DNA from: Stellaceae bacterium
GTDB taxonomy: Bacteria; Pseudomonadota; Alphaproteobacteria; ATCC43930; CGMCC-115725
Length of the DNA: 58,874 nt
Reading direction: 5' to 3'
Assembly: GCA_050729555.1 (NCBI GenBank)
Contig: JBOHLR010000001.1
Location: 1-58,874, forward strand
Program-made: the position numbers and the translations under genes
The notes under the pieces: generated by a model
What the model was told of the DNA's origin: nothing
The model's database searches: none
What the model saw: the letters and a program-made list of their open reading frames with translations, nothing else
Shown here: positions 29,207-39,426 of the stretch, one piece after another
Position numbering within the stretch: the stretch's first letter is position 1
Layout of the letters: each line of letters opens with the position of its first letter

Positions 29207-29301
29207 CCGCGGCCTCCTTGCCGGCCTTGCCGGCTAGGCCCGGGTGGCTGATGCTCAATCCTCGACCAGCGCCGGGCCATTAACAGCCATAGGGAGCTTG
29301 G
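29207..29301 (+). promoter_or_regulatory. Structured 5' leader of rpsF (candidate S6:S18 autoregulatory leader)
   Basis: There is a tandem 9-mer CCTTGCCGG x2 (29216-29233). An extended hairpin pairs GGCCCGG (29237-29243) with CCGGGCC (29272-29278), with an inner GCTG/CAGC helix. GGGAG lies 6 nt before the ATG. Confidence 0.4.
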
Positions 29302-29718
29302 ATGCCGTTCTACGAAAATGTCTTTATTGCGCGTCAGGACGTCTCGTCCGCCCAGGTCGAGACGCTCACCGATACGCTCGCCAACCTCGTCACCGAACAC
29401 GGCGGCAAGGTCACCAAGCGCGAATATTGGGGCCTGCGCAACCTCTCCTACCGTATCAAGAAGAACCGCAAGGGCCATTACGTCCTGCTCAACCTCGATG
29501 CGCCGCCGGCCGCGGTCAACGAACTCGAACGCAACATGCGCATCAACGAGGACGTGCTGCGCTACCTCACCGTGCGCGTCGAAGCGCTCGAGGAAGGTCC
29601 GTCGGCGATGATGCAGGCGCGGTCGCGCGGCGAAGAACGCGAACGCGAGCGCAGCCGCCGGTTTGACCGCGAAGGCCGCGAAGGCATGCCGGCCGAAACC
29701 GAGGGAGGCGGAGCATGA
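29302..29718 (+). CDS. rpsF: 30S ribosomal protein S6
   Basis: N-terminus is [15 protein letters not shown]...[22 protein letters not shown]. It has an acidic/Arg-rich C-terminal tail. Confidence 0.97.
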   Translation: MPFYENVFIARQDVSSAQVETLTDTLANLVTEHGGKVTKREYWGLRNLSYRIKKNRKGHYVLLNLDAPPAAVNELERNMRINEDVLRYLTVRVEALEEGPSAMMQARSRGEERERERSRRFDREGREGMPAETEGGGA

Positions 29719-29996
29719 GCGACGACACGCGCGGCGGCGAACGCTCCGAACGCGGCGGCGGTCGCCAGCAGACACGCCGGCCGTTCTTCCGCCGGCGCAA
29801 ATCGTGCCCGTTCTCCGGGCCGCATGCGCCGAAGATCGACTACAAAGACGTCAAGCTGCTGCAACGGTTCGTTTCGGAGCGCGGCAAGATCGTGCCGTCG
29901 CGCATCAGCGCCGTGTCGACCTTGAAGCAGCGCGAGCTGGCGCAGGCGATCAAGCGGGCCCGGTTCCTCGGGCTCCTGCCCTACAGCTTGCGTTGA
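29715..29996 (+). CDS. rpsR: 30S ribosomal protein S18
   Basis: Contains RRKSCPFSG...[24 protein letters not shown]...[19 protein letters not shown]. There is an ATGA overlap with rpsF. Confidence 0.97.
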   Translation: MSDDTRGGERSERGGGRQQTRRPFFRRRKSCPFSGPHAPKIDYKDVKLLQRFVSERGKIVPSRISAVSTLKQRELAQAIKRARFLGLLPYSLR

Positions 29997-30009
29997 CGGA
30001 GGCGAGACG

Positions 30010-30729
30010 ATGATGGAAGTCATCCTGCTCGAGCGGGTCGAGAAACTCGGCCAGATGGGCCAAGTGGTGAAAGTGCGGCCCGGTTTCGCGCGCAACTATT
30101 TGTTGCCGCAGAAGAAGGCGTTGCGCGCCACCAAGGAAAACCTCGCGATTTTCGAGAAGCAACGGACACAGCTCGAAGCCGCGAACCTGGCGCGGCGCGG
30201 CGACGCCGAACAGGTCGCACAGAAGCTCAATGGCATCTCGGTGGTGGTCATCCGGCAGGCCGGCGAAAGCGGTCAGCTTTACGGCTCGGTGACGGCGCGC
30301 GACATCGCCCAGGCGGTGACCGACGCCGGCTTCACCATCGGCAAGGGCCAGGTCACGCTCGACAAGGCGATCAAGACGCTCGGCCTTTACCCGATGCGCG
30401 TCCGGCTGCACCCCGAAGTCGCAATTCAGGTGACGGTCAACGTCGCGCAATCGGCCGAAGAAGCCGCGATGCAGGCCAAGGGCATCGACATCACCAAACG
30501 CGCCCAGGAAGCGCGAGACGGCGACGAGGCCGCCACGGCACCGGCGGAGCCAGCGCCCGAGGCCAAGCCGAAGAAGGCGAAAGCCAAGGCCAAGACTGAC
30601 GACGCGGATGAGGCAGAAGCAGAAGCCAAGCCCGCCAAAGCCGCCAAGGCGTCGAAAGCCGATAAGGCCGAGAAAGAGGAAAAAGCCGACAAGCCGAAAC
30701 GCGAGAAGAAAAAGAGCGCCAAAGAATAG
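30010..30729 (+). CDS. rplI: 50S ribosomal protein L9 with a long Lys/Ala/Glu-rich C-terminal tail
   Basis: N-terminus is [36 protein letters not shown]. From about residue 150 onwards the sequence is low-complexity: [55 protein letters not shown]. Confidence 0.95.
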   Translation: MMEVILLERVEKLGQMGQVVKVRPGFARNYLLPQKKALRATKENLAIFEKQRTQLEAANLARRGDAEQVAQKLNGISVVVIRQAGESGQLYGSVTARDIAQAVTDAGFTIGKGQVTLDKAIKTLGLYPMRVRLHPEVAIQVTVNVAQSAEEAAMQAKGIDITKRAQEARDGDEAATAPAEPAPEAKPKKAKAKAKTDDADEAEAEAKPAKAAKASKADKAEKEEKADKPKREKKKSAKE

Positions 30730-30776
30730 GCTCGCGCGCGCCGGCCGCGTCGAGCGACGGCACCGGAGGCGCATCG

Positions 30777-31610
30777 ATGCGAAGCGTGACGTTGCCCGGC
30801 GGCGAGCGGGTTCCCGCGCTCGGCCTCGGCACGTGGATGATGGGCGAACGCAGCGGACGCGAGCCTGAGTCCGTCGCCGCCCTCAAATGCGGCATCGATC
30901 TCGGCATGACCCTTATCGATACCGCCGAAATGTATGGCGACGGCGGCGCCGAGGAGTTGGTCGGCCAGGCGATCGCCGGCCAACGCGACCAGGTTTTCAT
31001 CGTCAGCAAGGTTTTACCGTCGAACGCATCGCAGACCGGCGTCGTCGCCGCCTGCGAGCGCAGCTTGAAGCGGCTCGGCACCGACCGCATCGACCTCTAT
31101 CTGTTGCATTGGCACGGTGGCATGCCGTTGCGTGAGACCGTGGCCGGCTTCACCGACCTGCGGCGCGCCGGCAAGATCCTCCATTGGGGCGTCTCCAATC
31201 TCGACCTCGACGAGATGAACGCGCTCTGGGCGGTGCCCGGCGGTGACGGCTGTGCCGTCAACCAGTTGCTCTACAACCTTGGCCGCCGCGGCATCGAGTG
31301 GGACCTGCGGCCGGCGCTGAGTGCGCGCGGCGTGCCGATCATGGCCTATTCGCCGCTCGAACAGGGTCGGCTGCTTGTCAATCGGGCGCTCAAGCAGGTC
31401 GCCGCGGCGCGGGGCGCCACGCCGGCCCAGGTGGCGCTTGCCTGGCTATTGCAACAGACCGGCGTCATCGTCATTCCAAAGGCGGCGAACCTGGCCCATG
31501 TCGCCGAGAACCGCGCCGCCGCCGAAATTGTGCTGACCTCGGCGGAACTTGCGGCGCTCAACCGGGCTTTTCCGCCACCGCGCCAAAAAATGTCCCTGGC
31601 GGTGCTCTAA
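30777..31610 (+). CDS. Aldo/keto reductase
   Basis: Contains [21 protein letters not shown] and IPKA..L.H..EN. Confidence 0.9.
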   Translation: MRSVTLPGGERVPALGLGTWMMGERSGREPESVAALKCGIDLGMTLIDTAEMYGDGGAEELVGQAIAGQRDQVFIVSKVLPSNASQTGVVAACERSLKRLGTDRIDLYLLHWHGGMPLRETVAGFTDLRRAGKILHWGVSNLDLDEMNALWAVPGGDGCAVNQLLYNLGRRGIEWDLRPALSARGVPIMAYSPLEQGRLLVNRALKQVAAARGATPAQVALAWLLQQTGVIVIPKAANLAHVAENRAAAEIVLTSAELAALNRAFPPPRQKMSLAVL

Positions 31611-31677
31611 ACAGGCTTGTATCCGGACCACAGATTGCAGAAAATCTCCGAAACCGGCAAAAAACACCGGGGACGGC

Positions 31678-32919
31678 ATGACTGTCGGGATGTTGCTGCG
31701 TCACCTCGTTCGTCGAGGCAGCCTGCGGGTCATCGACGCGACCGGCAAAACGCGCGCCTATTCCGGCGCACCGGGCCCGGCGATCACCATTCGCCTGCAC
31801 GACCGGGCGATCGAGCGGCAGCTGCTTTTCAACCCGCGCCTGATGCTGGGTGAGGCTTATATGAATGGCCGCCTCACGATCGAAGACGACGCCAGCCTCT
31901 ACGATCTGCTCGATTTCCTCGGCGCCAACATCAACCTGGCGCCGAAAAATGTGCTGACGCCGCTCTATAATGGTCTCGGTCGTGCGTTTCGCGGCTTGCA
32001 GCAATGGAATCCGGTCGGCCGCGCCCGCCGCAACGTTGCTCACCATTACGATCTGTCGGATGCGCTCTACGACATCTTCCTCGACCGCGACCGGCAATAT
32101 TCCTGCGCCTATTTCACGGCGCCCGACGAGACGATCGAACAAGCCCAAGCCAACAAGAAGCGCCATATCGCCGCCAAGCTGATGCTTAAGCCTGGCCAGC
32201 GCGTGCTCGACATCGGCAGCGGCTGGGGTGGGCTGGCGCTTTACCTGGCGAAGGAATGCGAGGTCGACGTCACCGGCCTAACGCTGTCGGTGGAGCAGCA
32301 CAGGGTCTCCGAACGCCGCGCCGCGGCCGCCGGGCTGGCGTCACGCGTGCGCTTCAAGCTGCTGGATTACCGGCAGGAGCGCGCCCAATACGACCGCATC
32401 GTGTCAGTCGGCATGTTCGAACATGTCGGCGTGCCGCAATATCCCACCTTCTTCAGCCGCGTGAAGTCGCTGCTGACCGAGGACGGCATCGTCCTGCTCC
32501 ACGCCATCGGCCGCTCGGACGGCGCCGGCAGCACCAACCCCTGGATCCGCAAGTACATTTTCCCGGGCGGCTATTCGCCCGCCCTGTCCGAGGTGCTGCC
32601 CGTGGTTGAGCGCACGGGCCTCTGGGTCACCGACATCGAGATCCTTCGGCTTCACTATGCCGAGACCTTGCGCGCCTGGCGCACCCGGTTCATGGCCGAG
32701 CGCGAGCGCGTCAAGACGCTCTATGACGAGCGCTTCTGCCGGATGTGGGAATTCTATCTCGCTGGCTCCGAAATCGCGTTCCGCTATCAGGGCCACATGG
32801 TGTGGCAGATGCAGATGGCCAGACGCGTCGATATCGTGCCGTTGACGCGCGATTATATGTTCGACTGGGAGCGCAGCCACAAGGCACCCGCCGCCGCCGA
32901 AGCCGGTCGCGCCGCGTAA
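31678..32919 (+). CDS. cfa: Cyclopropane-fatty-acyl-phospholipid synthase family methyltransferase
   Basis: Contains HYDLSDALYDIFLD...YSCAYF, VLDIGSGWGGLA (SAM motif), IVSVGMFEHVG and IFPGGY.PAL. Start reset from 31549. Confidence 0.9.
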   Translation: MTVGMLLRHLVRRGSLRVIDATGKTRAYSGAPGPAITIRLHDRAIERQLLFNPRLMLGEAYMNGRLTIEDDASLYDLLDFLGANINLAPKNVLTPLYNGLGRAFRGLQQWNPVGRARRNVAHHYDLSDALYDIFLDRDRQYSCAYFTAPDETIEQAQANKKRHIAAKLMLKPGQRVLDIGSGWGGLALYLAKECEVDVTGLTLSVEQHRVSERRAAAAGLASRVRFKLLDYRQERAQYDRIVSVGMFEHVGVPQYPTFFSRVKSLLTEDGIVLLHAIGRSDGAGSTNPWIRKYIFPGGYSPALSEVLPVVERTGLWVTDIEILRLHYAETLRAWRTRFMAERERVKTLYDERFCRMWEFYLAGSEIAFRYQGHMVWQMQMARRVDIVPLTRDYMFDWERSHKAPAAAEAGRAA

Positions 32920-33035
32920 GAAAATTCCACGGACCGCCGAGTCGCGGACTTTCACTCCCGTCATTCATCTGACTCACAGGCGACACGCGTCGTTTCGTGC
33001 ATGCCGGGCCATCGGCGGAGTGCTACAGTTCTGCG

Positions 33036-34550
33036 ATGGAAACCGCATTGTCGAAAGTAACGCCGCTACACGATGGCGATGCGGGTTATCGTGTGCCGCC
33101 GCAAAACTTGGCGGCCGAGCAGGCGCTGCTCGGCGCGATCCTCCAAAACAGCAACGTCTACAATAAGGTTGCGGACTTCCTCCGGGCGGAGCATTTCGTC
33201 GAGGCGGTGCACGGCCGGATCTTTACCGCCATCACGCGGCTGATTGAACGCGGTCAACTCGCCAATGCGGTGACCCTGAAGAACCAGTTCGACCAGGATG
33301 CCGCTCTTGCCGAGCGCGGCGGCGCGAAGTACTTGGCCGAATTGCAATCGAAGGTCGTCACCATCATCAATGCCGGCGATTACGGTCGGACCATCCACGA
33401 CCTTTATCTCCGCCGCCAGCTCATCGACGTCGGCACCGACGTGGTCAACGAGGCCTATGCCCAGGATCTCGACCTGACCGCGCCGCAACAGATCGAGGCC
33501 GCCGAGCAGCGGCTCTTCCATCTGGCAACCGTCGGCCAGACCGAGGGCGGATTCCAGCCGTTTACGGCGGCGATGACCGATGCCGTGCGGATGGCCGAAG
33601 CCGCCTTCAAGCGAAGCGGCAAGACGACGGGTGTGGCCACCGGCTTCACCGACATGGACAAGTTGCTGGGCGGCCTCCACCCGTCCGATCTGATCGTCCT
33701 GGCCGGCCGACCGTCGATGGGCAAGACCGCGCTCGCCACCAATATCGGCTTCGCCGCCGCGCGCGCCTTCCGGCCCAACGCCGATGATGCGACCAAGGCC
33801 GAGGACGGCGCCGTGGTCGGATTTTTCTCGCTCGAAATGTCGTCGGAACAACTCGCGACCCGCATCCTGGCCGAGGAATCCGGCGTGCCGTCGCACGAAA
33901 TCCGCCAGGGCAAGGTGTCGAACGCGGATTTCGACAAGTTCGTCCAGGCTAGCCAGCGGCTGGCCTCGGTGAAGTTCTTCGTCGATGATACCCCCGCGAT
34001 GACCATTGCCGGCCTGCGTACCCGCGCCCGCCGGCTGAAGCGGACGCACAATCTCGGTCTCGTCATCGTCGACTATCTCCAGCTCATTCGCGGTTCCAGC
34101 GAGGGCGGTGGTTTCGAGAACCGGGTGCAGGAGATTTCTGAGATCACCCGCGGCCTCAAGGCCCTGGCCAAGGAGCTCAACGTGCCGGTGCTGGCACTGT
34201 CGCAGCTGTCGCGCGCGGTCGAACAGCGCGAGGACAAGCGGCCGATGCTCTCAGACCTGCGTGAATCGGGCTCGATCGAGCAAGACGCCGACGTGGTGAT
34301 GTTCGTCTTCCGCGAGGAATACTATCTGATGCGCACACCGCCGACACAGCGGCCGGAAGAAAGCCAGGAAAAGTTCAACGACCGCATCGAAAAACACCGG
34401 CAGCGCTGCGAAGAAGTCTATGGCCTCGCCGAGATCCATGTCGCCAAGCAGCGCCACGGCCCGATCGGCAAGGTGACCCTGCGCTTCGACGGCAACACCA
34501 CGAAATTCGACAACTACGTTAGCGGCGACCGCCTGCCCGATGCCTTCTGA
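33036..34550 (+). CDS. dnaB: Replicative DNA helicase
   Basis: Contains PPQNLAAEQALLGAIL, GRPSMGKTALA (Walker A), IVDYLQLI and RESGSIEQDADVVMFV. Confidence 0.97.
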   Translation: METALSKVTPLHDGDAGYRVPPQNLAAEQALLGAILQNSNVYNKVADFLRAEHFVEAVHGRIFTAITRLIERGQLANAVTLKNQFDQDAALAERGGAKYLAELQSKVVTIINAGDYGRTIHDLYLRRQLIDVGTDVVNEAYAQDLDLTAPQQIEAAEQRLFHLATVGQTEGGFQPFTAAMTDAVRMAEAAFKRSGKTTGVATGFTDMDKLLGGLHPSDLIVLAGRPSMGKTALATNIGFAAARAFRPNADDATKAEDGAVVGFFSLEMSSEQLATRILAEESGVPSHEIRQGKVSNADFDKFVQASQRLASVKFFVDDTPAMTIAGLRTRARRLKRTHNLGLVIVDYLQLIRGSSEGGGFENRVQEISEITRGLKALAKELNVPVLALSQLSRAVEQREDKRPMLSDLRESGSIEQDADVVMFVFREEYYLMRTPPTQRPEESQEKFNDRIEKHRQRCEEVYGLAEIHVAKQRHGPIGKVTLRFDGNTTKFDNYVSGDRLPDAF

Positions 34551-35649
34551 TCGCAAGGTCGCGACCGACCGGGCGAACGCCATCCTCGAAATCGACTTGC
34601 GCGCGGTCACAGCAAACTGGCGGCGACTGAAGCGCGAGCTGGCGCCGGGCACACGCCTGGCGGCCGTGATCAAGGCCGACGCCTACGGCCTTGGCGCCGC
34701 CGAGGTCGGTCCGGTGCTGGCGCGCGCAGGTTGCGACCTCTTTTTCGTCGCCTCGCTCGACGAAGGGATCGCCCTGCGCAAGATCTTGCCCAAGGCAGGC
34801 ATTGCCATTCTCGATGGCGTGCTGGCGAAGAACGAGGCGGAATTCGCGCGCCGCCGGCTCGTCCCGGTGCTCAACGATCTCGGCCAGGTCACGCGCTGGA
34901 GCAAGGCCTACCCCGGGATGGCGGCGATCCTCCATCTCGACACCGGCATGGAGCGCCTCGGTCTGTCGCACCGCGAACTGGAGCGGTTGACGGCGGACCG
35001 GCCCCTGCTCGCGCGGCTCGACCTCGCCGCGATCATGAGTCACCTCGCCTGCGCCGACGAGCCCGAGCATCCGAAGAACCCCGAACAGCTCGCGCGCTTC
35101 CACGCCGCGCTTGCGCGCCTGCCCAAGGCGCCGGCGTCGCTCGCCTCGTCGTCGGCGATCTTTCTCGGGCCTGGTTATCACTTCCAGATCGCGCGTCCGG
35201 GCGCGGCGCTGTTCGGCATCAATCCCCTGCCCGGCAAACCCAATCCGATGCGCGCCGCCATCGTCCTCAAAGCCAGGATTCTCCAGGTCCGTGACGTTGA
35301 CGCAGGGGAGACCGTTGGATATGGTGCGACGCACCGCATGGAACGGCCGAGTCGCATTGCGACTGTCGCCGTCGGTTACGCCGACGGTTGGCTCCGTTCC
35401 GCCAGCGACCGCGGCAGCGCGGCGATCGCCGGCCGAAGGGTTCCCCTCGTTGGACGTATCTCGATGGATTTGCTGACGCTCGACGTAACGGGGATCGAGG
35501 CGGATCGGGTGAAGCCCGGCGCCTATGTGGATTTGCTCGACGAAAGTTTTGGCATCGATGACGCGGCGGCGGCCGCGCGTACGATCGGCTACGAGATGCT
35601 GACGCTGCTCTGCCGGCGTTACGCGCGGGTCTATCGCGGAGCGCGCTGA
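34540..35649 (+). CDS. alr: Alanine racemase
   Basis: Contains AVIKADAYGLGA (PLP Lys), HLDTGMERLG and RISMD. It overlaps the dnaB 3' end by 11 nt. Confidence 0.93.
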   Translation: MPSDRKVATDRANAILEIDLRAVTANWRRLKRELAPGTRLAAVIKADAYGLGAAEVGPVLARAGCDLFFVASLDEGIALRKILPKAGIAILDGVLAKNEAEFARRRLVPVLNDLGQVTRWSKAYPGMAAILHLDTGMERLGLSHRELERLTADRPLLARLDLAAIMSHLACADEPEHPKNPEQLARFHAALARLPKAPASLASSSAIFLGPGYHFQIARPGAALFGINPLPGKPNPMRAAIVLKARILQVRDVDAGETVGYGATHRMERPSRIATVAVGYADGWLRSASDRGSAAIAGRRVPLVGRISMDLLTLDVTGIEADRVKPGAYVDLLDESFGIDDAAAAARTIGYEMLTLLCRRYARVYRGAR

Positions 35650-36426
35650 ATGGCGTTCGTCGCGCGGATAGGCCGCGTCGTCCTGGCGTTCCTGGCGGCG
35701 ACCGGCCGTCTGGCGCTGTTCACGCTCAACGCGATCAGCCACTGCTTCCGGCCGCCGATCTACGTCAACCTGATCCTCCGGCAGTTCGTCGACATCGGCT
35801 ATTACTCTCTGCCGGTCGTCGGTCTCACCGCGATCTTCATCGGCATGGTGCTGGCGTTGCAATTGCACACCGGCTTCAACCGCATCACCGGCGGCGAGAG
35901 CGCCATCGCGCAAGTGGTGGTCCTCGGCATGACCCGCGAGCTTGGGCCCGTGATCGCCGGCCTGATGGTCGCCGGCCGCATCGGCGCCGCCATCGCCGCC
36001 GAAGTCGGTACGATGCGCGTCACGGACCAGATCGATGCGCTGTCGACGCTGTCGACCAATCCGTACAAATACCTCGTCGTGCCGCGCCTGCTCGCCGGCG
36101 TGGCCGCCTTGCCGGCGCTGGTGGTGGTGGCGGATTGCATCGGCGTCTTCGGCGGCTTTCTCGTCGCGACCTATAAATTCGGCTTCAATCCGTATGCTTA
36201 TCTCCAGAACACCGCGGATTTCCTGCGCACCGACGACGTGGTTTCGGGCCTGATAAAATCGGCGGTGTTCGGCTTCCTGATCTCGCTGATGGGCTGTTAT
36301 ACCGGCTATCATTCGAAGGGCGGTGCGCAGGGCGTGGGCGCCGCGACAACCTATGCGGTGGTGTCGGCTTCGGTGCTGATCCTGACGTTCGACTACATCC
36401 TCTCGGCGTTGCTGTTCTCGTCATGA
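35650..36426 (+). CDS. mlaE: MlaE-family ABC transporter permease
   Basis: 258 aa. Contains LGMTRELGPVIAGLMVAGRIGAAIAAEVGTMRVTDQIDAL, the MlaE/Ttg2B signature. Confidence 0.8.
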   Translation: MAFVARIGRVVLAFLAATGRLALFTLNAISHCFRPPIYVNLILRQFVDIGYYSLPVVGLTAIFIGMVLALQLHTGFNRITGGESAIAQVVVLGMTRELGPVIAGLMVAGRIGAAIAAEVGTMRVTDQIDALSTLSTNPYKYLVVPRLLAGVAALPALVVVADCIGVFGGFLVATYKFGFNPYAYLQNTADFLRTDDVVSGLIKSAVFGFLISLMGCYTGYHSKGGAQGVGAATTYAVVSASVLILTFDYILSALLFSS

Positions 36427-37199
36427 CCGGCGCCCCCAAATTCTCCGTCCGCGGGCTGAAGAAATCCTTCGGCTCCAAGGTCGTGCTCGATGGGCTCGAT
36501 CTCGACGTCGGCGTCGGCGAGAGCGTCGTCGTCATCGGCGGCTCGGGCACCGGTAAGTCGGTGATGGTCAAATGCATCATCGGGCTGATGGAGCCTGACG
36601 CCGGTTCGATCAAGATCGACGGCCAGGAAGTCACTGGACTCAAGCGCGGCGAGCGCGAGCGGCTGATGCGCAAATTCGGCATGCTGTTCCAGGGTGCCGC
36701 GCTGTTCGACAGTTTGCGCGTCTGGCAGAACGTCGCCTTCGGCCTCATCCAGGGCCACGGCATCGGCCGCGACGAAGCCAAAGTGACCGCGATCAAGACA
36801 CTCGGCGCGGTCGGCCTCGGCCCCGAAGTCGCCGAGCTGTGGCCGGCGGAACTTTCGGGCGGCATGCAGAAGCGCGTCGGTCTGGCGCGCGCCATCGCCG
36901 CCAAACCTGAAATCATCGTCTTCGACGAGCCAACGACCGGCCTCGATCCGATCATGGGCGACGTGATCAACGATCTGATCATCAAATGCGTGCGCGATCT
37001 CGGCGCGACGGCGGTTTCGATCACGCACGATATGGCCTCGGCGCACAAGATCGCGGACCGGATCGCCATGATCTACAAAGGCAAGATCATCTGGCAGGGC
37101 TCGTCCAAGACGATCGACCAATCGGGCAACCCCTACGTCGACCAGTTCATCCACGGCCGCGGCGAAGGTCCGATCAAGATGGAGGTGCGCGCGCTGTGA
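36423..37199 (+). CDS. mlaF: MlaF-like ABC transporter ATP-binding protein
   Basis: Contains GGSGTGKS (Walker A), LSGGMQKRVGLARA and IIVFDEPTTGLDP. There is an ATGA overlap with mlaE. Confidence 0.8.
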   Translation: MTGAPKFSVRGLKKSFGSKVVLDGLDLDVGVGESVVVIGGSGTGKSVMVKCIIGLMEPDAGSIKIDGQEVTGLKRGERERLMRKFGMLFQGAALFDSLRVWQNVAFGLIQGHGIGRDEAKVTAIKTLGAVGLGPEVAELWPAELSGGMQKRVGLARAIAAKPEIIVFDEPTTGLDPIMGDVINDLIIKCVRDLGATAVSITHDMASAHKIADRIAMIYKGKIIWQGSSKTIDQSGNPYVDQFIHGRGEGPIKMEVRAL

Positions 37200-37227
37200 C
37201 CGCCCGGAATTCCATTCAGGCCTGACC

Positions 37228-38661
37228 ATGGCCCGCGCCGAAAGCCGTTACGTCTGCCAAAGCTGCGGCGCCGTGCACCCGAAGTGGACGGGCAAGTGCG
37301 ACGGTTGCGGCGCCTGGAACAGCTTGGTCGAAGAATCCGCGCGCGCCAGCGCGCCGAAAGGCCTCGGTGGCGGCAAAGGCGGCCGGCCGCTGCAATTCGT
37401 CGGCCTCGACGGCGACGCTCTCGCTACCGCGCGGCGCACCTCGGCGATCGCCGAGTTCGATCGCGTCTGCGGCGGCGGTCTCGTGCCCGGCTCGGCGCTG
37501 TTGATCGGCGGCGATCCGGGCATCGGTAAATCGACGTTGATTCTTCAGGCGATGGCCGCCCTCGCCGCCGGCAAAAGCGGCCGGAAGCTCGAATGCGCCT
37601 ATGTCTCTGGCGAGGAATCGCTCGACCAGGTGCGGTTGCGCGCGCGCAGGCTTGGCGTCGACGACGCGCCCGTGCGCTTGGCGGCGGCGACCTCGATCCG
37701 CGACGTCGCGGCGAGCCTCGACCGCACCGACGCGCCGCAAGTGGTGGCAATCGATTCCATCCAGACCATGTATCTCGACAATCTCGACAGCGCGCCCGGC
37801 ACCGTCAGCCAGGTACGCGCGTCGGCGCAGGAGCTGATCCGTCTCGCCAAGGCGCGCGGTTTCACGCTGCTGCTGGTCGGTCACGTGACCAAGGAAGGCA
37901 TGATCGCCGGCCCGCGGGTGCTCGAGCACATGGTCGATACCGTGCTCTATTTCGAGGGCGAGCGCGGCCATCAGTTCCGCATCCTGCGCGCGGTGAAGAA
38001 CCGTTACGGTCCGACCGACGAAATCGGCGTCTTCGAGATGACCGACGTCGGCCTCGCCGAAGTCTCCAATCCATCAGCGTTGTTCCTCGGCGATCGGCAA
38101 CGCGAGGTCGCCGGGTCGGCGGTATTTGCCGGCATCGAAGGCACGCGGCCGATGCTGGTCGAGATCCAGGCGCTGGTCGCGCCCTCGGCGCTCGGCACGC
38201 CGCGCCGCGCCGTGGTCGGCTGGGACGGCAATCGCCTGGCGATGGTGCTGGCCGTGCTGGAGGCGCGTTGCGGCGTCGCGATCGGCGCCAACGACATCTA
38301 TCTCAATGTCGCCGGCGGTTTGCGCGTCACCGAGCCGGCGGCCGATTTGGCGGTGGCTGCGGCGCTGGTGTCTGCGCTGGCGCACGAGCCGGTGCCCGCC
38401 GACATGGTCGTGTTCGGCGAGATCGGGCTGTCGGGCGAAGTCCGGCCAGTGAACCAGGCGGACGCGCGGCTCAAGGAAGCCGAGAAGCTCGGCTTTGCGA
38501 CGGCGCTGATGCCGCCGCGACGCGGCCGCGGCAAGGACCGTGCGGCGTCGGCCGGCGCGTTCAAAACGCGCGAGATCGCGCATCTGAAACATTTGCTCAG
38601 CTTGTTCGAGAACGCACCGCATAATCTTCGGCGGGCGAGCGCCGGAGGAGGACGTCCGTGA
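37228..38661 (+). CDS. radA: DNA repair protein RadA
   Basis: Zn-ribbon is YVCQSCGAVHPKWTGKCDGCGAWNS. Also GGDPGIGKSTL, KNRYGPTDE and a Lon-like C-domain. Confidence 0.96.
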   Translation: MARAESRYVCQSCGAVHPKWTGKCDGCGAWNSLVEESARASAPKGLGGGKGGRPLQFVGLDGDALATARRTSAIAEFDRVCGGGLVPGSALLIGGDPGIGKSTLILQAMAALAAGKSGRKLECAYVSGEESLDQVRLRARRLGVDDAPVRLAAATSIRDVAASLDRTDAPQVVAIDSIQTMYLDNLDSAPGTVSQVRASAQELIRLAKARGFTLLLVGHVTKEGMIAGPRVLEHMVDTVLYFEGERGHQFRILRAVKNRYGPTDEIGVFEMTDVGLAEVSNPSALFLGDRQREVAGSAVFAGIEGTRPMLVEIQALVAPSALGTPRRAVVGWDGNRLAMVLAVLEARCGVAIGANDIYLNVAGGLRVTEPAADLAVAAALVSALAHEPVPADMVVFGEIGLSGEVRPVNQADARLKEAEKLGFATALMPPRRGRGKDRAASAGAFKTREIAHLKHLLSLFENAPHNLRRASAGGGRP

Positions 38662-39299
38662 CCGGATTCGACATAGCCATCATCGTCTTCGTCGTCGCAT
38701 CGGGGCTGTTCGCCTTCGTGCGTGGCTTCATCAAGGAGGTGCTGTCGATCATTGCCTGGTTCGGCGCGTCGGTGGCGGCGCTCTACGCCGTGCCGTACCT
38801 GCACCCGTTCGCAATGCGCTTCACGCCGAGCGACCGGCTTGCGAGCGCGGCCTCGGCTTTCGTCGCCTTCATCGTCGCCCTGATCGTGCTCTCGCTGATC
38901 ACCGCGGCGATCGCCAACCGCGTGAAGGACAGTCCCGCCGGCGGCATCGATCGGACCTTTGGGTTCGTTTTCGGATTGGCGCGCGGCGCCTTGCTCGCCT
39001 GTCTAGTCTATGCGGCCATGCTGGTGGTCATGCCGGCGCTCGAAGCATCACCGCAATGGTGGACGCAAGCGCGCACCCGGCCGATGCTCGCCACCGGGCT
39101 GGCGATGCTGGGCCATTTGGCGCCCGGTGCAGGGCACTCGCAAGGCGCCGCCTCCGTGCAGCAGCAGCTCCAGGATGCGCTACATGCGCTCAGCGTCCCC
39201 AAGGCCGGGCCGGCGCCGCAAGGTGGCTCGCCCGATTACTCGCCGCAGGACCAGCACGATCTCGACCGGCTCTTCCAGCAGAACCAAGGCGCACATTAA
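38658..39299 (+). CDS. cvpA: CvpA-family membrane protein
   Basis: N-terminus is FDIAIIVFVVASGLFAFVRGFIKEVLSIIAWF. It sits in the conserved radA-cvpA-purF order. Confidence 0.88.
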   Translation: MTGFDIAIIVFVVASGLFAFVRGFIKEVLSIIAWFGASVAALYAVPYLHPFAMRFTPSDRLASAASAFVAFIVALIVLSLITAAIANRVKDSPAGGIDRTFGFVFGLARGALLACLVYAAMLVVMPALEASPQWWTQARTRPMLATGLAMLGHLAPGAGHSQGAASVQQQLQDALHALSVPKAGPAPQGGSPDYSPQDQHDLDRLFQQNQGAH

Positions 39300-39426
39300 G
39301 CATAGCCGTTGGCGCGCCGCCGGCCGCCCATGCCGGGTGCGACAACCGGCTCTGGCAGTCGCGCCGCAATCCGTGTAGAAGGCTGTGGGCCTCGACGGCG
39401 ACGGCCGGCGACACCATCTAAGGCTT

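Noticed and set aside
34519-36312. 597-aa ORF on the minus strand
   Set aside because: It lies entirely antisense to alr and mlaE, which both have unmistakable family motifs. Its translation is Arg/Gly/Asp/His-rich with no recognisable domain. This is a typical long shadow ORF of GC-rich DNA.
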